The notes below the pieces were generated by a model. The model saw only the letters and a program-made list of their open reading frames with translations, was not told the origin of the DNA and did not search any database. A program made the translations under genes and the position numbers. This document shows, piece by piece, positions 44,101 through 45,466 of a stretch of DNA of 45,466 bases. Source of the DNA: Candidatus Dojkabacteria bacterium. Its GTDB lineage: Bacteria > Patescibacteriota > Dojkabacteria > SC72. Each line of letters starts with the position of its first letter. Positions within the stretch are counted from its first letter, which is position 1. Location: assembly GCA_040773125.1 (NCBI GenBank), contig JAXGWV010000001.1:1-45466 (forward strand), written 5' to 3'.

Positions 44101-44998
44101 TCAGGGACTACCTAGAATTGAAGAATTGTTTGAAGCAAGAACACCAAAAGCAGAAGCAGAAATGGCGTCAATTGATGGTAAGGTACATATAGAATTAGCC
44201 GAAGATGATTCTTCGACAATTATTATCTCTGGAGAGAAAAAGATGGAGAGATATTATATTGTTTCTAAAGCTAAGAAATTACTAATCGAAGACAAGCAAG
44301 AAGTAAAAGTTGGTCAGGCAATGTTCATTGATTCTGAGCAAGTAGAGAGACAGGCTCCTTTTGATGGGACGGTGTCTCTAGAGGGAGGTATTCTTACAAT
44401 AAATGGAAGGATGAAGGCGGAAGAGACAATCTATGTCTTGCCTGGGATGGAAATTTTAGTAGAAGAGGGTGCAGAAGTAAAAGCTGGGACACAGTTAACA
44501 GAGGGTTCGTTGGATCCAAAGAAATTAGCTGATGTTGCAGATATCCTTACTTCTCAAAAATATATTTTAGATGAGGTACAAAAGGTATTTAATGCACAGG
44601 GTGTTCCAATTGATGATATTCACATTGAGATAATATTGAGACAGATGACAAGACTTGGAAGAGTTTTAGATTCTGGTGATTCTGATTATTTAGTAGGCTC
44701 ATCAGTAAATAGATTTATGGCTGCATTGAAAAATGAGCTTCTTGTTAAAGATGGGAAAAATAAGGCTTTAGTTGTTCCAAAGTTATATGGGATTAAGACC
44801 TCATCACTAAATACGGAAAGCTTCCTTTCAGCTATCTCGTTCCAAGAGCAGGTTAGAGTTCTAACAAATGCTGCTATTATAGGAAAGACTGATTACCTAA
44901 GAGGAATGAAAGAGAATGTCATTATTGGCAAACTAATTCCTGTAGGAGAGAGGGCCGAGATTAAAAATGTTAATGAGCTGGAAGAGCTTCATGTTTAA
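41117..44998 (+). CDS. rpoC: DNA-directed RNA polymerase subunit beta'
   Basis: The Zn finger is [35 protein letters not shown] and [16 protein letters not shown] are present. The ORF opens at TTG 41108, but GAGGAGG (41101-07) sits 9 nt before ATG 41117. The gene overlaps rpoB by 14 nt. Confidence 0.98.
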   Translation: [1293 protein letters not shown]

Positions 44999-45010
44999 TT
45001 GATTTTGTTA

Positions 45011-45016
45011 TATAAT
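45011..45016 (+). promoter_or_regulatory. -10 hexamer TATAAT, 7 nt upstream of rpsL ATG
   Basis: The sequence reads tgttaTATAAT-acacacc-ATG, in the 25-nt spacer after rpoC. No SD. Confidence 0.4.
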
Positions 45017-45023
45017 ACACACC

Positions 45024-45443
45024 ATGCCAACAATAAACCAATTAGTAAGAAAACCTAGAAAATCTGCAAAGAAGAAAGCCAAGCATATTCAACTTGCTAG
45101 GAACTTTAATCCTTTGAAGAATAGATATAAGAAAATACCAAACCCATTCAAGAGAGGGGTGTGTCTGCAAGTAAAGACAATGACACCAAAAAAACCTAAC
45201 TCTGCACTTCGAAAAGTTGCCAGGGTAAGAATGTCTAATGGTATGGAGGTTACTGCATATATTCCAGGAGAAGGTCATAATCTTCAAGAGCACTCAGTTG
45301 TTCTTTTAAAGGCTGGAAGAAAAAGAGACTTGCCAGGTGTTAAATACATTATTGTAAGAGGAAAGTACGATACGGCAGGAGTAAAGGGAAGAAAGAAGGC
45401 AAGATCTAAATATGGCGTTAAGAAAGAAGACGCTGAGAAGTAG
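45024..45443 (+). CDS. rpsL: 30S ribosomal protein S12
   Basis: [10 protein letters not shown]...[41 protein letters not shown]...[14 protein letters not shown] matches S12. The protein is 139 aa. Confidence 0.97.
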   Translation: MPTINQLVRKPRKSAKKKAKHIQLARNFNPLKNRYKKIPNPFKRGVCLQVKTMTPKKPNSALRKVARVRMSNGMEVTAYIPGEGHNLQEHSVVLLKAGRKRDLPGVKYIIVRGKYDTAGVKGRKKARSKYGVKKEDAEK

Positions 45444-45466
45444 TTTTTAATTAAAAGATATTAATA

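Noticed and set aside
1-45466. Alternative genetic code (UGA recoded, as in some candidate phyla)
   Set aside because: All long conserved genes (dnaA, rpoB, rpoC, valS, ftsK and others) are uninterrupted under the standard code. TGA is rare as a stop (seen once, at 1084-1086), which fits AT-richness rather than reassignment.

Overview
This is a visibly AT-rich bacterial chromosomal segment spanning the replication-origin neighbourhood. dnaN and dnaA lie on the minus strand, divergent from rpmH-rnpA-yidD-yidC-jag on the plus strand. The window also holds three tRNAs (Ser-CGA, Ser-GGA, Arg-TCT). Housekeeping genes present are an ftsA-like gene, rnj, valS, metG, rpoD, dnaG, rsmA/ksgA, ftsK, a rodZ-like gene, rpoB, rpoC and rpsL. 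A cell-envelope gene run is also present: O-antigen-ligase-like, GT4/WecA-like, PEGA, and a DUF4012-like fusion. Short genes, 1-nt TAATG gene junctions and the gene content suggest a streamlined genome, possibly CPR/Patescibacteria-like, but this is inference only. I saw no transposase, integrase, prophage, CRISPR array or rRNA. The standard genetic code fits all long ORFs. Six things deserve a second look. (1) An accessory-looking cluster lies beside dnaN: an OmpR-type regulator with every phospho-site residue substituted, a small acidic protein, and a 577-aa protein made of 21 perfectly phased 25-aa DUF4116-like repeats. The latter two genes carry a duplicated upstream motif. (2) The dnaA-dnaN spacer has Bacillus-type oriC architecture (DnaA boxes, DnaA-trio-like triplets, 26-nt pure A/T run), and weaker boxes lie upstream of dnaA. 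(3) TGnTATAAT-type extended -10 elements recur 5-10 nt upstream of start codons and 8-11 nt upstream of tRNA 5' ends, implying widespread leaderless or near-leaderless transcripts. (4) A small C4 zinc-ribbon protein is wedged back-to-back against rpoD. (5) An FtsA/PilM-family ATPase is translationally coupled to a 608-aa bitopic protein. (6) A degenerate Rossmann-TM-DUF4012-like giant protein sits in an envelope operon that separates dnaG from rpoD. All family assignments come from motif recognition by eye; no searches were run.
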